Positions 26,672 through 40,253 of a DNA stretch of 64,000 bases are shown here, piece after piece. Source of the stretch: Octopus bimaculoides (lineage: Eukaryota); assembly GCF_001194135.2 (NCBI RefSeq), contig NC_068990.1:58705386-58769385 (forward strand), written 5' to 3'. Position numbers and translations under genes: made by a program. Position 1 is the stretch's first letter, and every line of letters begins with the position of its first letter. The notes below the pieces were generated by a model. The model saw only the letters and a list, made by a program, of their open reading frames with translations. It was not told the DNA's origin and made no database searches.

Positions 26672-27033
26672 NNNNNNNNNNNNNNNNNNNNNNNNNNNNN
26701 NNNNNNNNNNNNNNNNNNNNNNNNNNNNNNNNNNNNNNNNNNNNNNNNNNNNNNNNNNNNNNNNNNNNNNNNNNNNNNNNNNNNNNNNNNNNNNNNNNNN
26801 NNNNNNNNNNNNNNNNNNNNNNNNNNNNNNNNNNNNNNNNNNNNNNNNNNNNNNNNNNNNNNNNNNNNNNNNNNNNNNNNNNNNNNNNNNNNNNNNNNNN
26901 NNNNNNNNNNNNNNNNNNNNNNNNNNNNNNNNNNNNNNNNNNNNNNNNNNNNNNNNNNNNNNNNNNNNNNNNNNNNNNNNNNNNNNNNNNNNNNNNNNNN
27001 NNNNNNNNNNNNNNNNNNNNNNNNNNNNNNNNN

Positions 27034-27260
27034 ATATTGATAGATATAAACATACATGCATATACTGAGAGATATAAGTATGCATGTATATATATATATG
27101 CACACATAGAAATATATATAAATATGTATACACACACACAAATACATATTGATAGATATAAACATACATGCATATACTGAGAGATATAAGTATGCATGTA
27201 TATATATATATGCACACATAGAAATATATATAAATATGTATATGCATATACATAAAAATA
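27034..27260 (+). repeat. ~112-bp tandem duplication of TA/CA-rich sequence
   Basis: ATATTGATAGATATAAACATACATGCATATACTGAGAGATATAAG at 27034 and 27146. Adjacent to a gap, so it may be an assembly artefact. Confidence 0.8.
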
Positions 27261-27738
27261 TGTATGTGTGAGTGTGTGTGTGTGTGTGTGTGTGGTCAGA
27301 TGTACGTTCACCTCTACAATGGCAGCACCAATCCTCACTCTACTGCATACAATACAACAGATAGAAAAATCAAAATATTACTTCTACTTGCTTGATTCTA
27401 TGACATTTACTTCAAATGGTCACTACCTGGCTCTCCTTTCTTTTTTGTATATTTTAGCTTTTGTTTTTACTTTTTTCCCTCATTAAAAGACATAAAGAAT
27501 GGATGCCACAACTTGTCAAATAGACTGGTCAAGATGGCAGCCGAACGAAATGTCTTTTGCTGGATGAAATATATGGAATGTGTTATACAGACGACATTAA
27601 CAATTGACAAGCAAACTCTTCCTGTTTCTTTGTTAATGTTTGTTGGTCTGTATATGTATGCGTTTGTTAGTGTTTCTGTTTATGTGTTTGTGATTGTTTC
27701 TCTCTGTCCCTCTCTCTCCCTCTTTCATTCTCTCTCTT

Positions 27739-27797
<59 letters not shown>

Positions 27798-28322
27798 NNN
27801 NNNNNNNNNNNNNNNNNNNNNNNNNNNNNNNNNNNNNNNNNNNNNNNNNNNNNNNNNNNNNNNNNNNNNNNNNNNNNNNNNNNNNNNNNNNNNNNNNNNN
27901 NNNNNNNNNNNNNNNNNNNNNNNNNNNNNNNNNNNNNNNNNNNNNNNNNNNNNNNNNNNNNNNNNNNNNNNNNNNNNNNNNNNNNNNNNNNNNNNNNNNN
28001 NNNNNNNNNNNNNNNNNNNNNNNNNNNNNNNNNNNNNNNNNNNNNNNNNNNNNNNNNNNNNNNNNNNNNNNNNNNNNNNNNNNNNNNNNNNNNNNNNNNN
28101 NNNNNNNNNNNNNNNNNNNNNNNNNNNNNNNNNNNNNNNNNNNNNNNNNNNNNNNNNNNNNNNNNNNNNNNNNNNNNNNNNNNNNNNNNNNNNNNNNNNN
28201 NNNNNNNNNNNNNNNNNNNNNNNNNNNNNNNNNNNNNNNNNNNNNNNNNNNNNNNNNNNNNNNNNNNNNNNNNNNNNNNNNNNNNNNNNNNNNNNNNNNN
28301 NNNNTATATATATATATATTTA

Positions 28323-28482
28323 CGACGGGCTTCTTTCAGTTTCTGTCAACCAAATCCATTCACAGGGCTTGGGTCCGCCCTAAACTATAGTAGAAAACAC
28401 TTGTCAAAAGTCTCACACAGTGGGACTGAATCCGGAACCATGTGGTTGGGAAGCAAACTTCTTACCACACAACCACACCTGC
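28323..28482 (-). mobile_element. Family B SINE, 5' half (3' half lost in the gap)
   Basis: CGACGGGCTTCTTTCAGTTTC..GTGGGACTGAATCCGGAACCATGTGGTTGGGAAGCAAACTTCTTACCACAC. Confidence 0.88.
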
Positions 28483-28583
28483 TCTTATGTATACGTTTCT
28501 GGCGTTTGTTTTCAATCAAGACTATTCATCTGTAACAGGGCAAACCAAACATTTTCTTGCGTACGCTTTTTGAACTTTAAAAG

Positions 28584-28905
28584 AAATTAAACTGACACTC
28601 CATCGGTAACGACAATGAGGGTTCCAGTTGATCCGATCAACGGAACAGCCTGCTCGCGAAATTAACGTGCAAGTGGATGGGTGCTCTACAGACACGCGTG
28701 TTTAACGTAGTTCTCAGGGAGTTTCAGCGTGATACAGAGTCTAACAAGGCTGGCCCTTTGAAATGCAGGTAAAACTAATTTTTTGCCAGTTGAACCGACT
28801 GGAGTAACACGAAATAAAGTGTTTTGCTCAAGGACACAATACGCCGTCGTGAATCGAACTCGTGGCCTTAAGATCTTGAACCGAATACCTAACCACTTGA
28901 CCACC
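28584..28905 (-). mobile_element. Full-length family C SINE
   Basis: Complete C sequence with near-TSD CGCTTTTTGAACTTTAAAAG (28564-28583) and CGCTTTTCAACTTTAAAG (28906-28923). Confidence 0.9.
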
Positions 28906-29311
28906 CGCTTTTCAACTTTAAAGTCGTTTCAGCAGGCAATAATGATAATAAGTTGTTATTGTTATTGTTGTTGTTGTTTAACCCCCAGGTTTGCTTCCAT
29001 CGATCAGACCCCCGATCAAAAGTAGTCCTATCTGACTATTGCTCTTCTATATCCTCGGATGTCCTTTAGCGAAGTTCGCACCTTGGTAAGCATTCAGACC
29101 AAAGGATAATAGGCGATCCCCTTCCTTTTCTGACTAATCAACTAATGTCTACTAAGAGTCATGACCTATGACGTAAATGAGAGAGCATCTGCGCTGTCGC
29201 TTGACCATCAAGAAATAACAGCGAAGATCTGACGCCAGTTGCAACCTATTCTTTTATAATGAGGAGACAATGGATAATATGCCTAGGGCTATATTTTCTT
29301 ATAAACGTTGA

Positions 29312-29525
29312 AATATTGGTTTCAAATACCATGCATAAGAGCAGCATGTTTGGGGAGAGACTAAGTTGATTAAATCGAACCCAGTGCTCAACTGGTATTT
29401 TATCGACTCCGAAAGAATAAATGTCAAAGTGGACCCCGGCGGCATTTGAACCCAGGACGTAAAGATGGACGAAATGTCGGTAAGCATTTTTCCCAGCGTG
29501 CTAACGATTCTACCAGCTCGTCCTT
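29312..29525 (-). mobile_element. Family A SINE
   Basis: TATTGGTTTCAAAT..CAACTGGTA..GGCGGCATTTGAACCCAG..GCTAACGATTCTACCAGCTCG. Confidence 0.88.
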
Positions 29526-29650
29526 TATTATAAGTGGTGAAAGATTACAAATAATAAAAGACTTTTTTGTTGTTTTGTATATTTAGAAGATATGCCACGG
29601 TGTGTGATAAGATGACCAATCATAAATCTCTGCATAGCTTATACGTAAAA

Positions 29651-29795
<145 letters not shown>

Positions 29796-30019
29796 GTCAG
29801 ACGATGTCTTGACTGGCCGAAAGTTCGAAGTCACTATCAATGATATTCTCGTTTAAAAACAATAAATTTGTACTCTTCAGATTAATGTAAAAGATATTTT
29901 TATTATGACTGAACAAACATGAAAACACACACACATACAAACATATACGCATACATGTGTACGGTTGTATGTATGTGTTTGTGTATGTTGCACTGTGTAT
30001 ATACGTCTTTTTTTTTTAT

Positions 30020-30416
30020 CTTTCATTTGTTTCAGTCATTAGATTGCAGCCACGCTATGAGCATCGTCATCAACTTTTAGCCGAATGATTTGACCCCAGT
30101 ATTTATTTTTTTTAAAGTCTGGTACATATTCTATCCGTCCAATTTGCCGAACCGCTAGGTTATGGGGGCGTAAACATACCAACAACGATTGTCAAGCTGT
30201 AGTGGGGAACACAGACACAAAGACACACACATACATACATATATACATTTATATTCGACAGGCTTCTTTCAATTTCCGTTTACTATATCCACTCACAAGG
30301 CTTTGGTCGGTCTGAGGATATTGCAGAAGACATTTGTCCAAGGTGCCACGCAGTAGGACTGAACCCGGGGCTATGTGGCTGGGAAGCATACTTCTTATCA
30401 TACAGCAACGCCTATA
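30020..30416 (-). mobile_element. Full-length family B SINE with internal CA/TACA repeat
   Basis: Both halves are present, with a microsatellite at about 30210-30250. Confidence 0.88.
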
Positions 30417-30939
30417 TAGGCGTTGCTGTTTATATTTAATTACTCTTTAATTACTCTTTAATAAGAACAGAACCGGTCGTCATGATAATCTCACAACCTT
30501 TTTCCGTTTTCCAACAAATTCCGTAAAAATAAAAAGAAGAAAAAAACAGACTTTCTCAACCGACATGACATCATACTTTCTCCAAACTCTTTTATGTCTC
30601 TTTGGTAATTCAATTCTGGTTTCTAAGAACAGGGTATCGGTGATTACACTGACCTCAGTTCTTCACAGATACTTATTTTGTAATATATGACAAAGGCAAC
30701 GTTCGCCTCTGCATGGTTTGAAAACAGAACGTACAGGGCTATAACTAAATATCATGTCTTTTGCCCCATAAGCTTACGATTTCGTCAGTTATTTCTATAT
30801 TCCTCGACTCGTCCTCTAAAAGCGGAGATAGTCTTATTAAATCAAGATTTTATGTGGTATGTTATTTGATGTATCTGTATTTGTCTATGTTATTCAAATA
30901 CATGCCATAGGCCACTTTTAGTTATTTGTCTTAGCTTTG

Positions 30940-31255
30940 CTGGAACTCCGTCGCTTACGATGACGAGGGTTCCAGTTGATCCGATCAACGGAACAGCCTG
31001 CTTATGAAATTAACGTGCAAGTAGCTGAGCACTCCACAGACACGCACACTCTTAACGTAGTTCTCAGGAAGATTCAGTGTGACACAGAGTGTGATAAGGC
31101 TGGCCCTTTGAATTACAGGTGCTACTCAGTTTTGCCAGTTGAGTGAACTGGAGCAGCGTGAAATAAAGTGTCTTGATCAAGGACACAACGCGCTGCCGGG
31201 AATCGAACTCGAGACCTTACGATCGTAGGCCGAATACCCTAACCATTAAGTTACA
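30940..31255 (-). mobile_element. Full-length family C SINE
   Basis: ACTCCGTCGCTTACGATGACGAGGGTTCCAGTTGATCCG..GGGAATCGAACTC..CCCTAACCA. Confidence 0.9.
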
Positions 31256-31597
31256 ACAGATTCTGTTTAAATTTAGCAAATTACTTAGGCCATAAATGTT
31301 TCCTACTCCTGTTGTACAAATCTAAGTCCTTCGGCTACAGGAGATAAGGTCGGACAACGGTCGTGCTGATGACGGCTATTGAACCAGAAATATGTAACCA
31401 CGACTGTCCGTTTATTTCTAAACATCAGCCTGTCCCTTTCCTTAACGGCATCTCAGTTTCGGAGAACCCTTGAGTGTCGAAATCATCTCCCATTCGCAAG
31501 TAGAGCTGGTCTTAATTGCCATTTGGTAATTATGACACATCCTCCAGAAGTGGAGATAGTGGACATACTTGAATTTGTCGAATATATACTAACTCAG

Positions 31598-31915
31598 TAA
31601 AGGCGCATGACTTAGTGGTTAGAGCGTCAGGCTCACAATCATGAGGTAGTGAGTTCGATTCCCGAACCAGGCTGTGTTCTTGAGCATAACACTTTATTTT
31701 ACGTTGCTGCAGTTCACTCATCTGTGTTGTGACGTCACTGGTTCCAAGCTGTATCGGCTTTGCCTTTCCCTTGGATAACATTGGTGGCGTGGAGAAGGGA
31801 ATCTGGTATGCATGAGCGACTGCTGGTCTTCCATAAAACAACCTTGCCCGGACTTGTGCCTCAGAAGGTAACTTTCTAGGTGCAATCCAATGGTCATTCA
31901 TGACCGAAGGGAGTT
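31598..31915 (+). mobile_element. Family E SINE, near full length
   Basis: AAGGCGCATGACTTAGTGGTTAGAGCG..GAGTTCGATTCCC..CCTTGGATAACATTGGTGGCGTGGAGA..CTTGCCCGGACTTGTGCC. Confidence 0.88.
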
Positions 31916-33294
31916 TTCTTTCATTTACTGCATGTTTATCAAAGACTGTCACAAACTCGATAATGTCGTTCATAGCCCCTGCATGGGCAATTACCAAACG
32001 GAAATATGAATAACTGTTTTTAATCGCTGCATGATATACATACTGCTTTACGTACACTAACTTTAAATACCTCGTAAAGATTCATACAAACGCCCTACAG
32101 ATATTTCCGCCCTATGGCTCTTTCTATTGTACAGCTATCACTACCTTATTACCTCAGAGGTGTTTATACTACAAGTTATTATTATCCAACGTATATTTGA
32201 ATCAAATGAATTTGTTTTCGTTCAACTGATTTTGTTTTGTACAGTATTAAGCAGTCCTACGGGCTTGTTATGGGTGGTTTGGAGGTGTCAACTGAATTCA
32301 GAAACTAAGATAAACTTTTATTCCATATCAATTTTACTATATACCTCTAATAGCAATATATTACTACCACTTGTTTTCTTGACATCAAAAGACCTAAAAG
32401 ACATAATAGAAATTGACAGTGCTTCAACATAGGAAATGTTATGCTTCGAGTTTAATGCCTACCACTGAACCATCCTCCTGTATAATGTCCATATCATGAA
32501 TCCTGGTTTATCTTTATGGCTTCACGTTATTTTGTTGTTCCTTTTTTTATGGAGAATATATTGTTTTATAGTGAATATATTGTTTCGAAGATAAAAATGG
32601 CTAAAGAGCAATGAAAAAATAACTAAAGAACAATGTAAATAATCTCTAGAGCTGAGATAACGAAATGTGCATCGGGTAAATATTTCATTGCTATAACGAC
32701 TCTGACGTGTCTCTCTAGTGAACTGCACAGTTTATAAAACCGAATTATTAAACATGATACTGATGGGTGATACGAATAATGGCTAAAAACACCAGCGGAA
32801 GGTCGGTCAACTGAAAACAAGAGAAGCGGTCTTTCTAAACGGATATATAAGTGTTATTTGATCTCCGATATCACACTAGCTCTGACCTATACACTGTAAC
32901 CATCCATATACGACATATTTAATCAGATAAATGAAAAACTCCTAAATAAATTTCTGCTGTGGCTTTTACGAAGAAAATATAAATGTCCAGCGATGTACTT
33001 TTAAAGACGATTTCTTGTATATATTCCGACAAAATGTACGATGCATAGAGTATAAAGAATGCAAAAATAATGATTTCTTACAAAATAATGCAAAAATAAT
33101 AACATAAACGCGGGCTTCAAGTGAATGACAATAAATTGATAATTGGTGAATCAGTTTACGTAAGAAATATGAACCAGAGTAACTAGAATCGGAAATATAT
33201 TATTGTAAAACGTGTTGTTGAAACATTTTGGTTACCACTTCCTCACCTCAGTTCCCTTCTAACATATCAAGTGGTACACATTTAAATACAGAAG

Positions 33295-33349
<55 letters not shown>

Positions 33350-33350
<1 letters not shown>

Positions 33351-33501
33351 GGATATGGTTGTGTGGTAGGAAGCTTGCTTCCCGACCACATGGTTCCTGG
33401 TTCAGTTCCACTGCGTGGCACCTTTGACTAGTACCTTTTACTATAGTCTCGGACAGACGAGAGCCTTATGATTAGATTTGGTTGACGTAAACTGAAAGAA
33501 G
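33350..33501 (+). mobile_element. Family B SINE, 5' half
   Basis: GTGTGGTAGGAAGCTTGCTTCCCGACCACATGGTTCCTGGTTCAGTTCCACTGCGTGGCACC. Confidence 0.88.
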
Positions 33502-33528
33502 TAACAAATATATATCTACATCTGTCTA

Positions 33529-33565
<37 letters not shown>

Positions 33566-33567
<2 letters not shown>

Positions 33568-33760
33568 TTTTATCTGTTTCAGTCATTTGACTGCGGCCAT
33601 GCTAAAGCACCGCCTTTAGTCGAAGAAATTGAACTCAAGCCTAGTACTTGTTCTATCGGTCTCTTATGCCGAACCGCTAAGTTCCAGGGACGTATACATA
33701 ATAACATCGGTTCTCAAGCGATGGTGGGGAGATACAAACGCAGACACACAGACATATGCA
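33566..33760 (-). mobile_element. Family B SINE, 3' half in the opposite orientation, between two (TA)n tracts
   Basis: TTTCAGTCATTTGACTGCGGCCATGCT..TTCTATCGGTCTC..GCCGAACCGCTAAGTT..CAAGCGATGGTGGGG. Confidence 0.88.
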
Positions 33761-33892
33761 TATATATATATATATATATACAATAGCTGACGTACCCAGT
33801 AATTCCCGGGAAAGCGGGGCTTATCCCTTGGTCCCGTTCTCATCATTGTTTCGCTAATCCAATAACAACAATACATAGTATGTAACCCTTAA

Positions 33893-34645
33893 AACGAAAG
33901 GATGAAAGGCAAAGTTGACCTTGGCGGAATTTGAACTCAGAACGTAGCGACAGACGAAATACCGCTAAGCATTTCACCCGGTGTGCTAACGGTTCTTGCC
34001 AGCTCGCCGCCTTAATCGATGTGATCGACTAGACCCCTCCTCCACAAATTCCAGGCCTTGTGCCTATAGTAGAAAGGATTATTATTATTGTTGTTGTTGT
34101 TATTATTATCATTAAGGCGGAATCGTTAGCTCACCGCCGGTGAGTTAATGATTCTGCCAGCTCACCGCCTTAAGTATGGTAACAACAACAACAACAACAG
34201 CAATAATAATAGTATTTTCACATTTTGGCACAAGGCTAGCAGGTTTGGGGGAGGGGTCAAGTAGATTATCTTCACCCCAGTGTTCAAATGGTGCTTATTT
34301 TATCGACTCCGAAAGGATCAAAGGCAAAGTCGACCACGGTGGAATTTGAACTCAGAACGTAGCGACGGGTGAAATAACGCTAAACATTACGTGCTAACGC
34401 TTCTGCCAGCTCGCCGCCTTAACAATAATAAGAAGAATTCTTTCTACTAAAGGCACAAGGTCTGAAATTTATGGGAGGAGGATAGTCGGTTACATTGACC
34501 CAGTACGTAACTGATACTTAATTTATCGACCTCGAAAGAATGAAAGGTACAGCCGAATTTGAACTGAGAACTTGGCGCTAGTCGAAATGCCGCGAAACAT
34601 TTTTTTTCCCGGCGTGCTAACGATTCTGTCAGTTTGCTCGCCTTA
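33893..34645. mobile_element. Cluster of 4-5 family A SINE pieces in mixed orientation
   Basis: Minus 33893-34017, plus tail 34020-34078, fold-back head 34113-34172, minus 34215-34420, minus 34440-34645. Confidence 0.88.
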
Positions 34646-35145
34646 CAAGCATATCAATATTATCTGCAACATCTCGTATCAATCACAACACACACACTTG
34701 TACACATCCTATGATTCACTCATACATCCACACTATTTCTTTAAATGCAGACCCCCGTGAAAAATGGATAACATAAATAAATACATTTAGCTCTACATAC
34801 ATATACGTGCCGATGCGTAGATGTTCACACTTTTATTGCGTCTTATTTTCAAACACATCGACTTCGTTCGTTTTTTTTTATTCAATTTTTCTTCTTTGTT
34901 TTTGTTACACACTGCCTCAACATTTTCTTCTTCTTCCTCTTTCTTTTCCTCTCTCTTATTGTTCATTTGATCTCTATTATTTGCCCATCTCTCTCATTCT
35001 ACCCAGAATTTTCTCTCATTTGTTAACCTTTCTTCTGCCAGCCCCTCTATCTCTTTCCCCCGTCTCCCACTTTCTTGTGTCTTTATAGTTTTTCCTCCTT
35101 CCTCGTCTACATTTTATCACTTCATCACCCTGTCTCCCTCCTTCA

Positions 35146-35178
<33 letters not shown>

Positions 35179-35894
35179 TCACATACACATACATACACAC
35201 GCATACACACACACAAGCAAACAAACACATATCTATTCATGTGTGAAACTACACAGTAGTTTATCATTTCAAGAAACTCCTCTCTAGCTCCACAAAAATA
35301 TTTATTGATGGTAATCAAATGAAAAATTAAACAAAAAGATTTTCTTCGTCGGTTTCCAGCCCTGTCTTTGGCCCTATTCAAAACAGTTTTATAACTAATG
35401 TAATGAAATGATTGTGATTGAAACTTTTTTGTCTAATCTATGCCTTGTAAATATTTCTTGCTCATAAATAATTTGGTAAAGGTTGAATTTATGAATATAG
35501 AGTTTATGACAAATGGTCCTTTCAGACAAGCAAAGTAGCTAGTTAGAAAATCTCTATAAGAGATGAAAGTAGTAACTATACTGAGAAGTAATATTTATCG
35601 TCATATCAATATGCCTATTCCGTAGGAATCGACGTTACTACGGTTATTAACCCTAGGTGGAGCCTCTTCCAGCTGGGTGCAGGTTGAATCGATAACCAGC
35701 TGGAGGAGAGTCCTCCTGAGGTTAAAAACAGTAATAACATCGTTTCCCACAGAAATGGTCCTTTCAGAATTCTAATAAATATGCGAATGTAACTTATTTG
35801 TTTTGTTAGCAATATGGAACGTACGTGGCCTTATTTTTTATCAAAGATTTTGTTATGGAAAAATACTACGGATATTTAAAATGAATTGTATATA

Positions 35895-36273
35895 GGCGAA
35901 GGCATGGCTGTGTGGTGAGAAGTTTGCTTTACCAACCATATAATTCTGGATTCAGTCCCATTGTGAGGCACTTTGGGCAAGTGCTTTCCATATAACCCCA
36001 GGCTGGCCAGAGCCTTGTGAGTGGATTTGGTAGACGGAAATTGAAAGAGGCTTGTATATATGTATGTATGTGTGTGAGTGTATGCGTGTGTATATATATA
36101 CATGCATGAATGTGTGTATGCTTTGGATTTTTTTGTTAGCACATCCATTTGGTAAACAATATTTTTTTGGTTATGTCTACGTAGCGGTTTGGCAAAAAGA
36201 GAGCGATAGAATAAGCTTATAAAAAATAATTGTAAGTACTGGGGTCGATTTGTTTGACTATACCCTTCAAGGT
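35895..36273 (+). mobile_element. Family B SINE with internal TA/TG repeat
   Basis: GGCATGGCTGTGTGGTGAGAAG..TTTGGGCAAGTG..GCCTTGTGAGTGGATTTGGTAGACGGAAA..GATAGAATAAG..GTACTGGGGTCGAT. Confidence 0.88.
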
Positions 36274-36287
36274 ATAGATAGCTTTCA

Positions 36288-36343
36288 TTTAGTATAATAT
36301 ATTTAGTATATTATATTTAGTATATTATATTTAGTATAATATA
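36288..36343 (+). repeat. 14-bp minisatellite, 4 copies (TTTAGTATAWTATA)
   Basis: Four consecutive units read directly. Confidence 0.9.
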
Positions 36344-36780
36344 TATTTTTAAATTATAGGAAGAAATTAACATTGAACAGTTTAAATTTTTCAAATAGTA
36401 AAAATTTTGTTAGAAACAAATCGACGTTTCGAGAGAAACTCTTACGAAATACGGGTTTCTAATGTAGAAAAATCTGGATAACCAGGTGTCTAATTTGAAT
36501 TGTTTCAAGTTGGAAGAAGAAGGAACCACATGGTTGAAGTAAATGTTCTTCAAGGATTCAGTCCTGCGGAGTGAAGGTATGGGAAACGTAATTTGTTTAC
36601 TGTCTGGAAGTTGAAATCTGGAAAAAGGTTGCGAGGTGAGAAGCTAACATTTCGAGCGCGTATAGAGGTGGGTATGATATAGAATGGACAAGATGAAAAG
36701 AAAGAATTTCTTGAAGATAAGCTTAATTTGGGGGTCAGCATTAATATAAAGTCAGTGAATGATATGTTTAACTATCACGT

Positions 36781-36920
36781 GTGAAGGCGCGTGGATTAGT
36801 GGTTAGGGTATTCGGTTCGCGGTCGTAAGATCATGAGTTCGATTTCAGGCACCGTGTTGTGCCCTTGAGCAAGACACTTTATTTCACGTTGTTCCAGTCC
36901 ACTCAGCGAGAAAAAAAATG
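36781..36920 (+). mobile_element. Family C SINE, 5' half
   Basis: A box TGGATTAGTGG, B box GAGTTCGATTTC, core CCTTGAGCAAGACACTTTATTTCACGTTG. Confidence 0.88.
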
Positions 36921-37002
36921 GACAGGTATCGATATTTTATGACCTCATCAACGAAACATAGACTTCTGCCGTACTTGCCGAAGTAGTGAAGGCAGAATCA
37001 TA

Positions 37003-37039
<37 letters not shown>

Positions 37040-38655
37040 ATGCAACAAAATCTGGTCTGGTTGACGCAGGAAGCCATAATTGTTTAGGAGATCGATTATT
37101 CAGAATTAAGTAGTACCTTATTTGAGATATATTTTTATATATGAATATATAGATATTTATTTATAAGGCTTTTTATGTTTTACAACCAGCGAAATGTTTG
37201 GTGGTGGATTTTCCGTTAGTTTTGGCAATGAACATTCAGGTATTTGAGCAAGTGAATTCCTATTTGTGAAATTAATGCAATTTTCTGCTGAAATCAAGAG
37301 TGACACATTGCGACAATGTTGCGACAGTGTTGGGCTTTTCTTTCTTCTCAAATGGACGCAATCGAACAGAAAGGATTAATGAGGAGGCGATGTGAACTCT
37401 GGACGTTTGAATTACTGGTAGAATCCACAGAGAGAAAATTGTTTCCTCTAATAGTGATATAGTGTTTTATCGTCCCGAAAAAAAATTTTAAACAGAGAAA
37501 AAAAGGTGACTAAGTTAGGATTTGAACTTGAAGCACGAAGAACCAAAACACAAACCGCAAAGAAACTTATTTGACACTCAAGCAGTTTTGCCAAATGCTT
37601 AGACCCTGTTAAAGGAAAAACTAACGCGCGAAAATAAACTATAGGATGAATAGTTGTGGAACAGCAACTACCAAATGGTTGATAAAGCTGAAAAAAAAAA
37701 ATAATAAATAACAACCGAGAGTATTACTTGTCAGCGAATATCAATTGTATGAAACTAATCAATATGCAATTAGTTATTTTGTCATTTGAATTTATAACAC
37801 GCGTTAGAAAAAGACATTTCACTTTCGATAACAATATGTTTAATTTGGTAGCTTGTGTTCAGTAATTAGCGCTCCAACCTACTTTATTTTATAATCATTT
37901 TTATAAGGGTAAAAGCGAAAGACAATGCTGTCAACATACAACATGTTCGCTACTTTATTTTATATTAATGTATTTAATTTGAAAGTAAAGAATGTGTGTA
38001 GGCAACTGTAATGTTTATTATCTATATATAAATATATAATAATGTTTTCTTATTTTAGTTCTGCTATTTCTGGGTCAAAATGAGAACTATTTACATTTAT
38101 TCTTAGCCAGTGATTAGGTTTCAGCTGTAAATATTTTCCGCGTTGTCATTAATGGGGGAAATATTAAAGTAATACTCATCGTTGTTAATATTGTTTTTTC
38201 ATCACCGCATAAATATTTTTCGTTTGCTTTTTGCAAGCGCTATGTTATCATCAGCTTAACCCAAGAAATTGGAAAACAATTGTTTAGCACCTGCTAAGCT
38301 CAGATTGACAGCCCTAAATCAAAGGAGGCACACCGTCAGTAACCATACCGATGTTTTCTGTATCCAAGATTATGTTTTCCTATGATGTTTTGAGCATACA
38401 GTATTATACAGGTAGGAAAAGGTTCAAGTGATATTTGTTTACTATTTTCCGCAGGTCTAACGGCCGTATAGAGGCCTGGTTACAGATGAGGATTTATATT
38501 CAGAAACAATGTAAATATTTAGAACGACAATCTGGTTGAAAAGTAAACAACCAAGCATCGGTTGGATAGAAAATCATACAAACAAAAAACAGATACATAC
38601 AAAAACAGATTTATCGATATTAACAGAAATCTAAATTCATTATTTTAAATTATAA

Positions 38656-38873
38656 AACGGCAGCGAACTGGAGGAATCATTAGTATGCCAGACACAATGC
38701 GCAGCGACATTTCGTTCGCCTTTACATGCTGAGTTAAAATTCTGCCGAGGTCGACTTAGCCTTTCATCTTTTCAGGGTCGGTAAAACAAATACCAGTTGA
38801 ACACTGGAGTCGATGTAATCGAATTTCTCCCTCCCTTGAAATTTGCTGGCCTTGTGCCAAACTTTGAAACCAA
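38656..38873 (+). mobile_element. Family A SINE with a perfect TSD
   Basis: 15-bp TSD TATTTTAAATTATAA at 38641-38655 and 38874-38888. Confidence 0.92.
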
Positions 38874-40253
38874 TATTTTAAATTATAATGGAAGTGACAA
38901 TAAAGTAAACAATTTATTGAATATTATCGAAGCAGAACATAACAAAAACAGATATACGAGCGCGCGTGCAGACTACGCTATATCTATATGGGGAAATTAG
39001 TAACAGCCAAGCTACAGCCAAGCTTAGTTATTCATTCAGTAGGGGTTTTATGAGGACCACTTTATAACATCGTTTATTTCAATGTTTGACACGAATGATT
39101 TTTTGGTAAAATCCAATATATCCGTTCATCATTTCTTGCTTAGTTTTGTCATTGATATCTAAGGGGAGTTTGGAGTATTTCAGTGATATTTAATAGGTTG
39201 ATAAGCTTGCTTTATTTCTAAGTTATTTTTGCATATTTTTCTTGTGTAAATTAATTTTGAACTCGGTTTCATTTCCTTGAAACTATCTTTTCCTTGAAAC
39301 TATCTTTTCTTAAAGTTCTGCTGTTAGTCTTCTCAGAAATTGTAACTAAACTTCACGATATCATATTTAAATGTGAAAGACACGATGTTGTGACGTTCAT
39401 TCATTAACATAGATAATGAGCGAAATGTCTGAAATCGACTATCAAAAAATGGTGCAGAAAAAAGATGACCCAATGGGCTAAACTTTATTCTCTATGTTTG
39501 CTACTGGGCAAATACATACCTCTGTGCATTTTAAAATGATACAGTCCTGTATTCAGAGAAATCATAGTGAAGTCTAACTAGTTAATAAACAATTTAAGTT
39601 ATTTTACTCTTTCTCGTATCATCCTCTCACAAGAAGTCCATATAGAAGACGTTAAAAATCCCGAGAGTCTATAGAACTACAGATCTAAATTCATAAAACG
39701 GTGGAGTAAAACCTCGGCAGAGGTTTGTGCCATACCTCTTATATTTTTCCAGAACCATGAATTAAAGATTCTCCATAAAAAGAAGTGTCGCCATAAAAGA
39801 TATTAACGACACCGTGCATACGGTTCAACTACTCAGCACTGGGTGACTTATGGCTGAGACGGCAATCTTTAAAGAAAGTCTGCGAGGTTTTCCCGCTATG
39901 CAGTTTGGCTGAAGATTCTAGAAGAATGGTTAACAGTTATAAAAAGCTGGCAAATTCAACCTCAGACCAGAGAACCACTAACCGGTCAAGAGGACTCTGT
40001 GTCTCTTGTTTCAGCGAGCTGGTCTCTCTCTCCCTCTCCCACTCTCACTTTTCTTATTGAACATGCTTGTCTTACTCGACAAAAGTCACCAAACTTAACT
40101 TATAGTGACGAGTAAAGCGCGTTAATTATATAGAGGAATTAAAATTCTTTGAAATACTTTCATGATATTATCCAACAGATTGTGTACAAAAGATACTTAA
40201 CCGTTCTGTTCGCTGAATGCTGTTCCATTGGATTTTTTTTTATCTCTTACCAC

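Noticed and set aside
32520-33100. Possible mariner/Tc1 remnants (also at about 39300-39960)
   Set aside because: Only 3-5 residue look-alikes of WV/SPDL motifs, not distinguishable from chance.
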